Source: Alphaproteobacteria bacterium (GTDB lineage: Bacteria; Pseudomonadota; Alphaproteobacteria; Rs-D84). From it: 64,000 nt of DNA. Of the stretch, positions 32,156 through 42,011 are shown piece after piece; position 1 is the stretch's first letter, and each line of letters starts with the position of its first letter. The notes beneath the pieces are model-generated. The model was not told the DNA's origin and ran no database searches. It was given only the letters and a program-made list of their open reading frames with translations. The translations under genes were made by a program, and so were the position numbers. The DNA is taken from the NCBI GenBank assembly GCA_017503725.1, contig JAFVSL010000003.1:72272-136271 (forward strand), in the 5' to 3' direction.

Positions 32156-32635
32156 ATGGTCTTTGGCCTGTTCAAAAAATCTGCAAAGAAAGCAGTTGTA
32201 AAACCAGCCGCAAAACCGGTTGCAAAAAAAGAACCTGCAAAGAAAGCGCCAGCAAAGAAAGTTGCTGCAAAAAAGCCAGCTGCAAAACCAGTTGCAAAGA
32301 AAGCACCTGCGAAAAAAGTAGTTGCAAAACCAGTTGCAAAGAAAGCACCTGCAAAAAAAGTAGTTGCAAAACCAGTTGCGAAAAAAGCACCTGCAAAAAA
32401 AGTAGTTGCAAAACCAGTTGCGAAAAAAGCACCAGCGAAAAAAGTAGCGGTTAAAAAACCAGTTGCGAAAAAAGCACCAGCGAAAAAAGTAGCGGTTAAA
32501 AAACCGGTTGCAAAAAAAGCACCTGCGAAAAAAGTAGTTGCAAAACCAGCAGCGAAAAAAGTTGCAGTTAAAAAAGTTGCTGCAAAACCAGTTGCAAAGA
32601 AAGCGTGTGCAAAAAAATGTGCAAAAAAGAAATAA
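32156..32635 (+). CDS. histone H1-like / AlgP-like lysine-alanine-rich repeat protein
   Basis: About 20 tandem [14 protein letters not shown] repeats encoded by 45 nt DNA repeats; RBS GAGAAGGAGAGAAAT. Confidence 0.65.
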   Translation: MVFGLFKKSAKKAVVKPAAKPVAKKEPAKKAPAKKVAAKKPAAKPVAKKAPAKKVVAKPVAKKAPAKKVVAKPVAKKAPAKKVVAKPVAKKAPAKKVAVKKPVAKKAPAKKVAVKKPVAKKAPAKKVVAKPAAKKVAVKKVAAKPVAKKACAKKCAKKK

Positions 32636-32853
32636 TATAATTTCTTAACGCTATTAACCCGAACGATTGTTCGGGTTTTTCTTTTGAAAATTTCAGTCAG
32701 ATGAAATATACAGTCTGACTGAATTTTTTATTGCGGACAAGTCTTGCCACCCCGCATTTATTTTATGTTTACGGCGCATTTATTGCATAACCGTTTCATA
32801 AAATCGTCGCGCAAATTGCGCATTTTTCATTTAACCAAACAAAGGAAATAAAT

Positions 32854-33681
32854 ATGTCCGTTTCAATTGATCAGGTCTTCGTAAAGCAATTCGAGGCCGA
32901 TGTTCATTTGGCCTATCAACAGATGGGCACAAAACTGCGTTCAACCGTTCGCAGCAAATCAGGTGTTGTTGGCGCATCTACCACATTCCAAAAGGTTGGT
33001 CGTGGCACCGCCAGCACAAAATCACGTCACGGTATTGTACCGGTAATGAATTTGAACCACGAACCTGTGGAATGTATGTTAACTGATTACTATGCGGGTG
33101 ATTGGGTTGATGCATTGGATGAATTAAAGGTAAATATTGATGAACGCCGTGTTGTTGCGTCTGCTGGTGCGTATGCCCTGGGGCGCAAGACAGACGAATT
33201 GATTATCGATGCAATGAACACATCAACATTGTCTGTTGGTGATTATACAACCGGCTTGACCAAAGATTTGATTTTATCAGCGGTTGAAATTTTAAACACA
33301 AACGATGTCCCAGATGATGGTCGTCGCTTTGCGGTTATTGGCGTACACCAGTGGAATGAACTGTTGTCGATGGATGAATTTGTATCGGCCGATTATGTTG
33401 GTGATGCAAATCCATTGGTAAATGGTTTTGAGGCAAAAAAATGGTTGGGTATTACATGGGTTCTGCATAACGCATTGCCGGTATCCCAAACGAACCGAGA
33501 TTGCTTTATCTATCACGCGTCCAGCGTTGGGCACGCCTGTGGCCAGGAAGTAAAAACAGACATTTCTTGGCACGGTGAACGTGCGGCGCATTTCATCAGC
33601 AACAGTATGTCCCAGGGTGCCGTTTTAATCGACAATGACGGTATCGTTCGTGTCAAATGTTCTGATGCGCCCGCTGCCTAG
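32854..33681 (+). CDS. phage major capsid protein, T7 gp10-like (short form)
   Basis: TKLRSTVRSKSGVVGASTTFQKVGRGTA parallels T7 gp10 TSRHMVRSISSGKSAQFPVLGRTQAAY; 275 aa. Confidence 0.7.
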   Translation: MSVSIDQVFVKQFEADVHLAYQQMGTKLRSTVRSKSGVVGASTTFQKVGRGTASTKSRHGIVPVMNLNHEPVECMLTDYYAGDWVDALDELKVNIDERRVVASAGAYALGRKTDELIIDAMNTSTLSVGDYTTGLTKDLILSAVEILNTNDVPDDGRRFAVIGVHQWNELLSMDEFVSADYVGDANPLVNGFEAKKWLGITWVLHNALPVSQTNRDCFIYHASSVGHACGQEVKTDISWHGERAAHFISNSMSQGAVLIDNDGIVRVKCSDAPAA

Positions 33682-33719
33682 GTGTAAAAAACAACCACTT
33701 TAACCAAAGGATAAATCTT

Positions 33720-33953
33720 ATGGCATTTCAAAATAAAAATCTGTCGGTGATTGCGTATGCAAATGGCTTTACATTGTGGCATTATGCATCTGCAACAGAA
33801 ACTATTGCGACGATTTCTGCGACCGGCTTTTTCAATGATGTTAAAACATTGATGAATATTGGTGATGTTGTAATTATCAACGCGTCTGATAACACCGCAA
33901 TCAAGAAAATAAACATCACGGCCAGCAACGTCACAACCGGTGCATTGGCATAA
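33720..33953 (+). CDS. hypothetical small protein in capsid-tail module
   Basis: 77 aa ORF with RBS AAGGATAAAT; function unknown. Confidence 0.4.
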   Translation: MAFQNKNLSVIAYANGFTLWHYASATETIATISATGFFNDVKTLMNIGDVVIINASDNTAIKKINITASNVTTGALA

Positions 33954-34026
33954 TAATTTATTATCGTCAAATGGTGGTGCAATTTTGCACCACCAATATT
34001 TTTTATTAACAACAGTGGGGGCAATT

Positions 34027-34545
34027 ATGCTTACAAAAATAGATTTATGTTCAATGGCGCTATTAAAACTGGGGGAACAACCAATTCAGTCTTTCAGTGA
34101 CGATACCGCCACCGCACAGTTGGCACGAACCTTATTTGATCCCATAACAGATGCATTGATTGCGTCGCATCCGTGGCGTTTTGCAACCCGTCAATTAACA
34201 TTGACCAAAAATTCAGATGGTGATTTCCTGATTCCATCAGATGTTTTACGGGTACTGAAATCGGGCGGTGATATTGTTGGTAACAAGATTGTTGCACCAA
34301 CAGATAACCTGACAATAACGGCCTGTACGCGTGTTGGGGTTGATATGTTTCCGGGCTATTTTGTGTCATTGGTGGCGACAAAATTGGCGATGGAATTTTG
34401 TATCCCGCTTTCTGGTGACCAGACCGTGTTCAGAATGCTGGCGGCGCTTTATGAATCAGAATTACAGTCTGCAAAATTCATCGACAGCACAACCGCACCC
34501 GGTGCAAAAATAGACAATTTTTCGTTAATAAATGCACGGTTTTAA
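34027..34545 (+). CDS. tail tubular protein A, T7 gp11-like
   Basis: LLKLGEQPIQSFSDDTATAQLARTLFD...SHPWRF parallels T7 gp11 ILASIGEPPVSTLEGDA...RGWTF. Confidence 0.65.
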   Translation: MLTKIDLCSMALLKLGEQPIQSFSDDTATAQLARTLFDPITDALIASHPWRFATRQLTLTKNSDGDFLIPSDVLRVLKSGGDIVGNKIVAPTDNLTITACTRVGVDMFPGYFVSLVATKLAMEFCIPLSGDQTVFRMLAALYESELQSAKFIDSTTAPGAKIDNFSLINARF

Positions 34546-36272
34546 TGGGGGGCAAAATGGCAAATTTTATTAAAACACAGAATTCTTTTGCCCACGGTGT
34601 GGTGTCATCTGAGTTTTTTACGCGTGATGATATTAACGGATTGTCGTGCCTTGAAAATATGGATGTTTTGCCGGGGGGCGGTCTGACGCGTCGTCGCGGA
34701 TTAGCACATATTGCGAATTTACCGGGTGTTGCACGCCTGGTGCCATTTTCTGTATCGGAAACAGAAAACTATGTCTTGGCAATAACATCGGTGCATATAA
34801 TTATTTATTCTGGTACGCAGATGATGGGCGACTTGTTTGCGCCCTGGGGGGCGGACGATTTGTCGCGCCTGCAATACGCCCAGCGTTTTGACACAATGAT
34901 ATTTGTGCACCCAGATTATCGTCCGCAAATTTTGAAAAAAACCGAAACAGGCTTTGAATTGGGTGACTTTATATTTGCGCGCAATGATGCCGATATGTCG
35001 ATGAATATTCCGTTTATGCGGTTCGAGGATACGTCTGATATAAAAATTTCAGTCAGCACCAGTGACCGAGGCAACAACTATGCTAAATTCACGACCAGTT
35101 CAGATTTCTGGACCCCTGAATATGTGCGAACACGCTTTATGCTGTTGGACCGTCAGTGGATAATTGATGAATACATCAGTCCGACCGAGGTTATCGCATA
35201 TGTCAACGGTACATACACCGCGCCCGGCGCGCCGGTAACCGATTGGTTTGAATCCGCGTTCAGCACCCCGCGTGGCTGGCCGTGCAGTATAACATTTCAC
35301 CAAGATCGATTGGTTTTTGGTGGTTCGCGTTCCTATCCGGCGGGCGTATGGATGTCCCGTGTTGGTCAACATAAAAACTTTAACGTTGGCACCGGTCTGG
35401 ATGACGAAGCAATTTTTATAACCCTGCTGTCCCAGCAGCGACAACAAATTTGTACCGTGGTCAGTGGCGATAATCTTCAAATTCTGACCACTGATGGCGA
35501 ATGGGCGATTTCCAGCAAACCATTAACCCCATCGGTCGTTGATATAAAACAGCACACGTCCGTTGGATCTTGTGCATCAAGATATTTACCACCCCAGAAG
35601 ATAGAAGACGCCACCATATTCGTGTCCAAGACAATGCGTGATATTCGCGAATTGTCTTTGGATGATTTGGGTGAAAATTATAACGCAACTGATTTATGCG
35701 CATTTGCCAAGCATTTGATGACATCGCCGGTGGATATGGCGTACAACGATGCAACCCGGCAATTATTCGTGGTCCAATCAGACGGTAATATGGCTGTCTT
35801 GAACCAGAATGGGGCATTGGGGATATCGGCGTGGGCCGAATACAAAACATATGGCAAATTTATATCTGTAACGGTTGTAGACGGGAAAACATATGTCGTA
35901 TCGCTGCGTGATGATGCGTATAACATTGAATGTTTTTCAGATTCTGTGATGCGGGATGCAGATAAATATGATTTTGCATACCAGGCGGCGTCTTTGCCAT
36001 TTCGTGTGTCTCATCATAATGTGTCGCGTTTGCGCATTCGCCGGGTGTCACTGCGCCTGCTGAATACTAAATCAGTATTTATAAATGGCGCGCGTGCCAC
36101 ATTGCCAAATGAAATTTATTCAGAAAATCATCCGGGTTATTCGGGTGACGTGTCTGTAAATTTGCTGGGTGGATGCCTATCGTGTTTGTCGCCATATTGG
36201 ACCATACACGGAAACGAGCCCCAGCCAATAACGGTTTTATCTGTTTGTGTGTCCGGCGGATACAGTGTTTAA
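34545..36272 (+). CDS. tail tubular protein B, T7 gp12-like (shortened)
   Basis: N-terminus FIKTQNSFAHGVVSSEFFTRDDINGLSCLENMDVLPGGGLTRRRG parallels T7 gp12 IKNLKGGISQQPDILRYPDQ...ETEGLQKRP. Confidence 0.65.
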   Translation: MGGKMANFIKTQNSFAHGVVSSEFFTRDDINGLSCLENMDVLPGGGLTRRRGLAHIANLPGVARLVPFSVSETENYVLAITSVHIIIYSGTQMMGDLFAPWGADDLSRLQYAQRFDTMIFVHPDYRPQILKKTETGFELGDFIFARNDADMSMNIPFMRFEDTSDIKISVSTSDRGNNYAKFTTSSDFWTPEYVRTRFMLLDRQWIIDEYISPTEVIAYVNGTYTAPGAPVTDWFESAFSTPRGWPCSITFHQDRLVFGGSRSYPAGVWMSRVGQHKNFNVGTGLDDEAIFITLLSQQRQQICTVVSGDNLQILTTDGEWAISSKPLTPSVVDIKQHTSVGSCASRYLPPQKIEDATIFVSKTMRDIRELSLDDLGENYNATDLCAFAKHLMTSPVDMAYNDATRQLFVVQSDGNMAVLNQNGALGISAWAEYKTYGKFISVTVVDGKTYVVSLRDDAYNIECFSDSVMRDADKYDFAYQAASLPFRVSHHNVSRLRIRRVSLRLLNTKSVFINGARATLPNEIYSENHPGYSGDVSVNLLGGCLSCLSPYWTIHGNEPQPITVLSVCVSGGYSV

Positions 36273-36297
36273 TCAATACAACAAAAAGGAATTTATT

Positions 36298-36645
36298 ATG
36301 GGACAACTTGTATCAGATGTTAGTGAAATCTTGGATTACAAAGATGAAAAGAAACAGGCAAAATCTGCCCGTCAGGAAATCTTGAAACAGATGGCCGCAG
36401 ACGATGCCGAAAAAACAAACCTGGTCAAAAAGGTGTTGGCGACCCAGCGTGCAAAATATGGCGCATCGGGCGTGTCGTCGCGCGGACTCAGCCAGGGGGC
36501 GGTCCTTGCGCGGTTGAAATCAGAAACCGAACAACCATACACTGAAAAACGCAACGCGAATTTGAAAAAATTAAAATCAACACGTGCCAAGAAACCTAAT
36601 TTATTAAAAACAATATTGTCGCGCTTTGATGACTTAGTCGGCTAG
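36298..36645 (+). CDS. hypothetical basic virion/packaging-associated protein
   Basis: 116 aa K/R-rich ORF between tail tube B and fiber genes. Confidence 0.4.
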   Translation: MGQLVSDVSEILDYKDEKKQAKSARQEILKQMAADDAEKTNLVKKVLATQRAKYGASGVSSRGLSQGAVLARLKSETEQPYTEKRNANLKKLKSTRAKKPNLLKTILSRFDDLVG

Positions 36646-36661
36646 GAATAGGGGGATAATT

Positions 36662-37210
36662 ATGCATAAAATCTCTTACATAGCAGATGGTGTCACGACT
36701 GAATTTGAATTTGCATTTCCATTTTTTCAGGCGGCAGATATCCGCGTCGCCAAGAACGAGGTCATTTTAACCACTGATGAATATTCAGTTGTTGAAAATG
36801 TATCTTTTGATGGTGGACGTGTTGTGTTTAATGTTGCGCCCACCGCGGACACACGTATTGATATCTATCGCGTTGTCGCATTGTCGCGCGTCATAGATTA
36901 TCAGCCAACCGCAAAAATAGACCCAGAACATCTAAATTCGGACTTTAATTTTTTAATCGAGGCCCTAAAAGACCTTCACGCACCCGATGTTGATATCGAG
37001 GCCTGGCGTAACACGCACACAAACGTGGTGAATTTCTTGGAATATACGAACAGTCTAATCCAAGATAAATTAACCGGTGGCGGTGTGCTGGGGATTTATC
37101 GCAATTTAATAGCGGTGCTGGATAACGCATTACCAAATCTGATTAACGACTATGGATACATTACGGATTCGGCCGACGACGCCACGTGCGACGATTACGG
37201 ATTATTGTAA
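36662..37210 (+). CDS. tail fiber N-terminal (tail-attachment) domain only, T7 gp17-like
   Basis: YIADGVTTEFEFAFPFFQAADIRV parallels T7 gp17 YQLDGSNRDFNIPFEYLARKFVVV; only 182 aa, no distal receptor-binding domain. Confidence 0.55.
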   Translation: MHKISYIADGVTTEFEFAFPFFQAADIRVAKNEVILTTDEYSVVENVSFDGGRVVFNVAPTADTRIDIYRVVALSRVIDYQPTAKIDPEHLNSDFNFLIEALKDLHAPDVDIEAWRNTHTNVVNFLEYTNSLIQDKLTGGGVLGIYRNLIAVLDNALPNLINDYGYITDSADDATCDDYGLL

Positions 37211-37214
37211 TTTT

Positions 37215-37793
37215 ATGGATACGTGGAACCATACCCTGGGGCAGACAACACCCACACACCACCGTAAAATAATGGAATTTCTGGTGGATGTTCTGGGGGA
37301 CGATATGCACCGGGGACTGCTGATGGCGTTTCGACATTCGGGCAAATCGACCGTTGTCGGGATTTTTGCAGCGTGCACATTGTACCTGTTCCCGTGTACG
37401 CGCATACTGATTTTGTCGGCGCACACGACATTGGCATCGCGAATGGTCGGGCATATCAGACATATCTTGGAAAATCATCCCTGGTGTGCGGATTTATTGC
37501 CCACATCGCGTCGTGATTGGTCGTCGGGACACATTACTATCAACCGACCAATAGGCATACGCGAACCATCTGTAATATGCCAGGGCATCCACGGCAACAT
37601 CACCGGAATGCGCGCAGATTTAATAATCTGCGATGACGTAGAGGTGCCAAACACATCAAACACCCCGCAAAAGCGTGAAAATCTGCGTGAAAGATTACGT
37701 GAACTGGATTTTATCTTGTCGCCCACGGGCACGATGATTTACATCGGTACACCACACACAATGGATACGATTTATCGTACCAGCGATGACTAG
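37215..37793 (+). CDS. terminase large subunit, N-terminal ATPase part (split gene)
   Basis: Walker A FRHSGKST, Walker B LIICDDVE, coupling motif IYIGTPH; ends at a stop without a nuclease domain. Confidence 0.65.
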   Translation: MDTWNHTLGQTTPTHHRKIMEFLVDVLGDDMHRGLLMAFRHSGKSTVVGIFAACTLYLFPCTRILILSAHTTLASRMVGHIRHILENHPWCADLLPTSRRDWSSGHITINRPIGIREPSVICQGIHGNITGMRADLIICDDVEVPNTSNTPQKRENLRERLRELDFILSPTGTMIYIGTPHTMDTIYRTSDD

Positions 37794-38446
37794 GCGTTAT
37801 CTTCGGCTTTTACCGAACTGATAAACGTGCGCAACCGCCCCAACAGTTCGTTTCCTGCATCCCCAAACATCGGCAGGTATGTTTCATATTCTGGCATATC
37901 GGCCTGGATTTCTGCGCGTGCACGTTCATCCAGTGGTGCGTTAATAATTTGATTCGCCGTATCCCACAATTGATACGCGCGATATGTTTTTGTAACGACC
38001 GCCCATTGATTTTGCATATCCGGATGCTTGTCCAGTGCATCGTGAATTGCGTTTGCCCATTCTTCGCCAAATCTGCGTACCACATTAAGGCCACGTATAC
38101 GATTCAGGCCGTCTGGATCGGGGGTAAAAGAATTTAACACAGATTGTAATTCAGAAATATCTTTCTGGGACAAAATGGTGTCGGTCACACTGGATTGTGT
38201 CATCAATCCACCATATGGAATCAATTCTGGTTCAATGGAATCCATTGGTGTTTTGCCACTGCGCAGATTTTCAATATGCCGGATAAGCATTTTACCGGTT
38301 GGCATTTCGCGCAACTCTTTGATTACGTCATCGGTGGCCTCGTCTATAAAGACTGGGTTAATCGCAGACCATCCGCCAACGATAACGTGTTCCTGGCGAT
38401 AAAGGTTTAACAATCTTTGTGCCGTGGCGGCGATACGTGCTTTCAT
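37790..38446 (-). CDS. hypothetical protein
   Basis: 218 aa ORF in the block interrupting the terminase. Confidence 0.45.
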   Translation of the reverse strand: MKARIAATAQRLLNLYRQEHVIVGGWSAINPVFIDEATDDVIKELREMPTGKMLIRHIENLRSGKTPMDSIEPELIPYGGLMTQSSVTDTILSQKDISELQSVLNSFTPDPDGLNRIRGLNVVRRFGEEWANAIHDALDKHPDMQNQWAVVTKTYRAYQLWDTANQIINAPLDERARAEIQADMPEYETYLPMFGDAGNELLGRLRTFISSVKAEDNA

Positions 38447-38480
38447 AATGTGCCTCTCTCTCCGGTATTATGTTGATGAA

Positions 38481-39488
38481 TTATTCCATCACAATCATAA
38501 CAACTTTGTGCATTGTTTGCGCGTTAATTTTTTCTTCTGGGCTGGATATTTGACCGTATATTTTCCCTTTGGAATCTTGACGTACACTAACAATTTGCGC
38601 GTTGACGGTTGTTTCTGAATCCAATGCATCAAAGTCCGTATCAATGCATACCGCCAAATCGCCCGCCACAATTGGTGCATCTACATCGGCAAATACGTAT
38701 GATTTTTCAGGGATAAATCCGCCCAAGCGCTTTGAATTTGGCATAACCGCGTAAATACCACTGCGGCCCTCTAATGACATTGGGGCAACAATCATCGTTT
38801 TGTCAGATTTTTTAAACGCAATTGATTTACCAGACGGCATACCGAACACCGGGACCAGTTTTTTGCGTGCACTGTCATACAATTTTGCGCCATACAAGCC
38901 GCCACTCATATCAATGCCAGATAATGGGTTGCCCGGTTCCAGTACGGATTTAACGCGTTCCTTGACCTTGTTAATCTGTTTGTTTAATTCGCCGCTTTTA
39001 TACAGGGTTGCGATTTTATCAAACATACTTTCGACCGTCATCGCGAACGATTGTGCCAATGGTTCAATTTCATTTTCATAGATTTCGCGTTGTCCAACCT
39101 CGATTTTATGATACACAGACAATGTCATACCGGCATCTTTGGCGGCACGTGCGATAGTTTTTCCAGATTGCTGGCGAATTTTGCGCAGACCACTGCCGAA
39201 AATTTTCAGGCCACCATCTTCGTTATCATTCAGACGGCGTTTGATTTCGGTTTGCCATTGTTCTGCAACCTCGTCAGATTCTTTGATGAAAATGTCGGAC
39301 AGTTTGCACCCCAAGATATTACAGATATTCAGCAACTGTTTCTGGTTCAAGCGGCGTACACCCTTTTCAATTTTTGAAACCGCGGACAGGGACAAACCCG
39401 CGCGTCGCGCCAGTTCCGTCATCTTCATCCCATTTTTCAGGCGGATGTTTCTGATATTATTTGGAAAAATAATTTCTTCTTGGGCCAT
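38481..39488 (-). CDS. XRE-family transcriptional regulator with two HTH domains and CI/LexA-like C-terminal domain
   Basis: Two Cro/C1-type HTH segments (MTELARRAGLSLSAVSKIEKG; IARAAKDAGMTLSVYHKIEVG) plus C-terminal beta-rich domain. Confidence 0.6.
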   Translation of the reverse strand: MAQEEIIFPNNIRNIRLKNGMKMTELARRAGLSLSAVSKIEKGVRRLNQKQLLNICNILGCKLSDIFIKESDEVAEQWQTEIKRRLNDNEDGGLKIFGSGLRKIRQQSGKTIARAAKDAGMTLSVYHKIEVGQREIYENEIEPLAQSFAMTVESMFDKIATLYKSGELNKQINKVKERVKSVLEPGNPLSGIDMSGGLYGAKLYDSARKKLVPVFGMPSGKSIAFKKSDKTMIVAPMSLEGRSGIYAVMPNSKRLGGFIPEKSYVFADVDAPIVAGDLAVCIDTDFDALDSETTVNAQIVSVRQDSKGKIYGQISSPEEKINAQTMHKVVMIVME

Positions 39489-39563
39489 TGTGCAACTCCT
39501 TAAAAACTATAATCTTGACAAAATAATAGTCAATTTTTAAGGCTTGCGCAAGTAAATAATCAC

Positions 39564-41120
39564 TTACAGTGGCATATCATCCGGGATTGCATCGATATCA
39601 ATTGGCGTTGGTGAAAATTCAGATCCATCCAATGGTATGCTGGCGGTTGGTTGTGATGTGACGTTTTCACCACGTGTGTCAAATTCATCCGGCAGATTGT
39701 CGAACAAACTGTAATCGCCAAAGAATGCGGTGCGTACGGTTTCCGGACGTCCGTGACGGTTTTTTCCGATGATAATATCGGCCTTGCCACGGGATTGTTC
39801 GTAACGTTTTTGCCACGATTCCACCATTGCGGAATTTGTTGTGTTTGAAATTCTTTCTGATGGATTACGGTTCGCCAGATAGTATTCTTCGCGGTACGTA
39901 AACATAACAATGTCGGCGTCTTGTTCAATAGATCCAGATTCACGCAAGTCCGCCAATTGTGGACGTTTGTCATCGCGCTGTTCAACGCTACGTGACAACT
40001 GTGACAGGGCAATTACCGGCACATCCAATTCCTTGGCCAGCATTTTTAGCCCTCGTGTAATTTCGGAAATTTCTTGGACACGGTTGTCGCTGCGCTTGCC
40101 ACCGGGGGACGTCATCAATTGCAGATAGTCCACCACAATCAACGCAATTCCACCATATTTCCGTGCCAGGCGTCTTGCACGTGTGCGCATCATCGGTACC
40201 GACATACCCGGCGTATCATCAATGCACAGTGGAATCTTGCTGATTGCGTCGGCGTATTGTGTCATTTTAAGCATATCTTCATCCGTCAGGTTTCCTTCAC
40301 GCATTGCGGATGCGGGCACCTTGGACTGGGATGATAAAACACGTGCCGCTAATTGGGAATGCGACATTTCAAGACTGAAAAATACGACGGCGCCCTTGTA
40401 ATTTTTATTGGCCGTGCCATAGTGTATTGCATTTGCCGCATTAAACGCGATATTCATCGCCAACGTGGTTTTACCCATCGCCGGACGACCCGCTACGATA
40501 ATTAAATCCGAATGGTGCAGACCACTGATTGATTTATCCAGCGCCGTCAGTCCCGTTGTCAGACCCGATAATTGCCCGTCGGCCTTGTACGCGGTTTCGG
40601 CTTCCCTTAATGCGGCCTGTAATGCGGTTGCGATTGAAACAACGTCACGTTCGGACGAACCCGTGGTTGCCATATCGAATAATTTCTGTTCGGCAACCTC
40701 TATTTGTCGATTAACTGGATTGTCCAGGTCTTCGACAAATGCGCCATCCATAATATCCTGGGCCAGGTTGATTAACTGTCGTCTTTGTGCATGTTCGTAT
40801 ACGATGCGACCATATTGTTCAACGTTAACAACGGTTGCCCCCGCACCCGATAATTGGGTCAGGTAATCCACACCACCCACCGATTCCAAGACCCCCTGTT
40901 GGTCCAGATAGTTTTTAGCGGTAATAATATCGAACGGGATACCGGCGGCAAATTGACGTTCCGCCAGTTTATAAATTTCCTGGTGTGCGGGATGCGAAAA
41001 GTGTTCCGCATTCAAGAATTCTGACACACGTTCCAACGCGCGATTATTCATCAACACCGCGGCCAGTACGGCCTGTTCTGCTTCCAGATTGGTTGGCAAA
41101 GTCTTAGGGGTAAAATCCAT
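39564..41120 (-). CDS. dnaB: replicative DNA helicase DnaB
   Basis: DnaB N-domain NLEAEQAVLAAVLMN, Walker A AGRPAMGKTT, RecA-like core; start set at MDFTPKTL; acidic C-terminal tail of about 60 aa. Confidence 0.8.
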   Translation of the reverse strand: MDFTPKTLPTNLEAEQAVLAAVLMNNRALERVSEFLNAEHFSHPAHQEIYKLAERQFAAGIPFDIITAKNYLDQQGVLESVGGVDYLTQLSGAGATVVNVEQYGRIVYEHAQRRQLINLAQDIMDGAFVEDLDNPVNRQIEVAEQKLFDMATTGSSERDVVSIATALQAALREAETAYKADGQLSGLTTGLTALDKSISGLHHSDLIIVAGRPAMGKTTLAMNIAFNAANAIHYGTANKNYKGAVVFFSLEMSHSQLAARVLSSQSKVPASAMREGNLTDEDMLKMTQYADAISKIPLCIDDTPGMSVPMMRTRARRLARKYGGIALIVVDYLQLMTSPGGKRSDNRVQEISEITRGLKMLAKELDVPVIALSQLSRSVEQRDDKRPQLADLRESGSIEQDADIVMFTYREEYYLANRNPSERISNTTNSAMVESWQKRYEQSRGKADIIIGKNRHGRPETVRTAFFGDYSLFDNLPDEFDTRGENVTSQPTASIPLDGSEFSPTPIDIDAIPDDMPL

Positions 41121-41145
41121 GTCAAAATCCTTTTCCTTAACGCCA

Positions 41146-41985
41146 ATGGTATATGAAAAAAATGCTTTTTCAATGCCTTTTTTATCGGGATATAAAATAT
41201 TGAAAATTCCGATAGTTGACGCCAATGGTACGCCCGCGTGGCCGGAACTTTTCCCGATTGAAAAGGTTGCCCAGATGCGGCAAATCGTCGGCCCCCGGCA
41301 TTTTTCAGCACAAATGATGCTGGAATTTGTGCCACCTGAACGTATTCGTCTGGACCCGGGGCAAATACATTTCTATGAATATATGCTGGATATTCATTCG
41401 GCACGTCTGGGGCCGCATTTGATAACGGGTGCGTCTGTGTATTGGGATCCGTCCACCGGCCGCCATAAATCAGACCACAGTGTTTGTGTTCTGATATATC
41501 GTGATGATAAAAATCATAATGTTTTTATACACGATGTTATGTATATGACGGTTTCTGATACCGAAACCCACCCCTTGAATGCCCAGTGTGAACGGGTGAT
41601 TGATTTTATGCACCGATACGGTATGCGCCGAATAACAATCGAGACAAATGGACTGGGCAATGCATTGCCGGAAATAATGCGCGATGTGGCGGTGCGTCGG
41701 GGTCAAAACATATACGTAAATAAAATCACTAATAACCGGAACAAGTCCGACAGAATCTTGGATGCGATTGAACCCCTGCTGACCTCGGGGCACCTGTATG
41801 CCAATATGCGTGTGCAACATACGCCACTTTTGTCGGAAATGTTGGGTTGGTCACCCGTTGGCGGGGTGGGGCACGATGACGGCTTGGACGCGATTGCGGG
41901 TGCGATTGCGCAAACGCCGATTGTCCTGCGTCCGTCCGGGGGGATGTCCCGTCCAGTTTATGCAAATACAAATTTCACAATATAA
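41146..41985 (+). CDS. terminase large subunit, C-terminal nuclease part (split gene)
   Basis: RNaseH-like nuclease motifs VYWDPSTGRHKSDHSVCVLI and GHDDGLDAIAGAI; start uncertain (41119-41173). Confidence 0.65.
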   Translation: MVYEKNAFSMPFLSGYKILKIPIVDANGTPAWPELFPIEKVAQMRQIVGPRHFSAQMMLEFVPPERIRLDPGQIHFYEYMLDIHSARLGPHLITGASVYWDPSTGRHKSDHSVCVLIYRDDKNHNVFIHDVMYMTVSDTETHPLNAQCERVIDFMHRYGMRRITIETNGLGNALPEIMRDVAVRRGQNIYVNKITNNRNKSDRILDAIEPLLTSGHLYANMRVQHTPLLSEMLGWSPVGGVGHDDGLDAIAGAIAQTPIVLRPSGGMSRPVYANTNFTI

Positions 41986-42011
41986 AACAACACAAACAAA
42001 AAGGATAAAAT

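Noticed and set aside
32200-32600. CRISPR-like regular repeats (45 nt period), and similarly at 55940-56560 (90 nt period)
   Set aside because: Repeats are in-frame coding repeats of Lys/Ala-rich and Cys-rich proteins with no unique spacers. Not CRISPR arrays.
39564-41225. Intein within dnaB or dnaB as an intein-like insertion in the terminase
   Set aside because: DnaB is colinear with canonical DnaB (no Hint-domain insertion) and lies on the opposite strand from the terminase. Not an intein.
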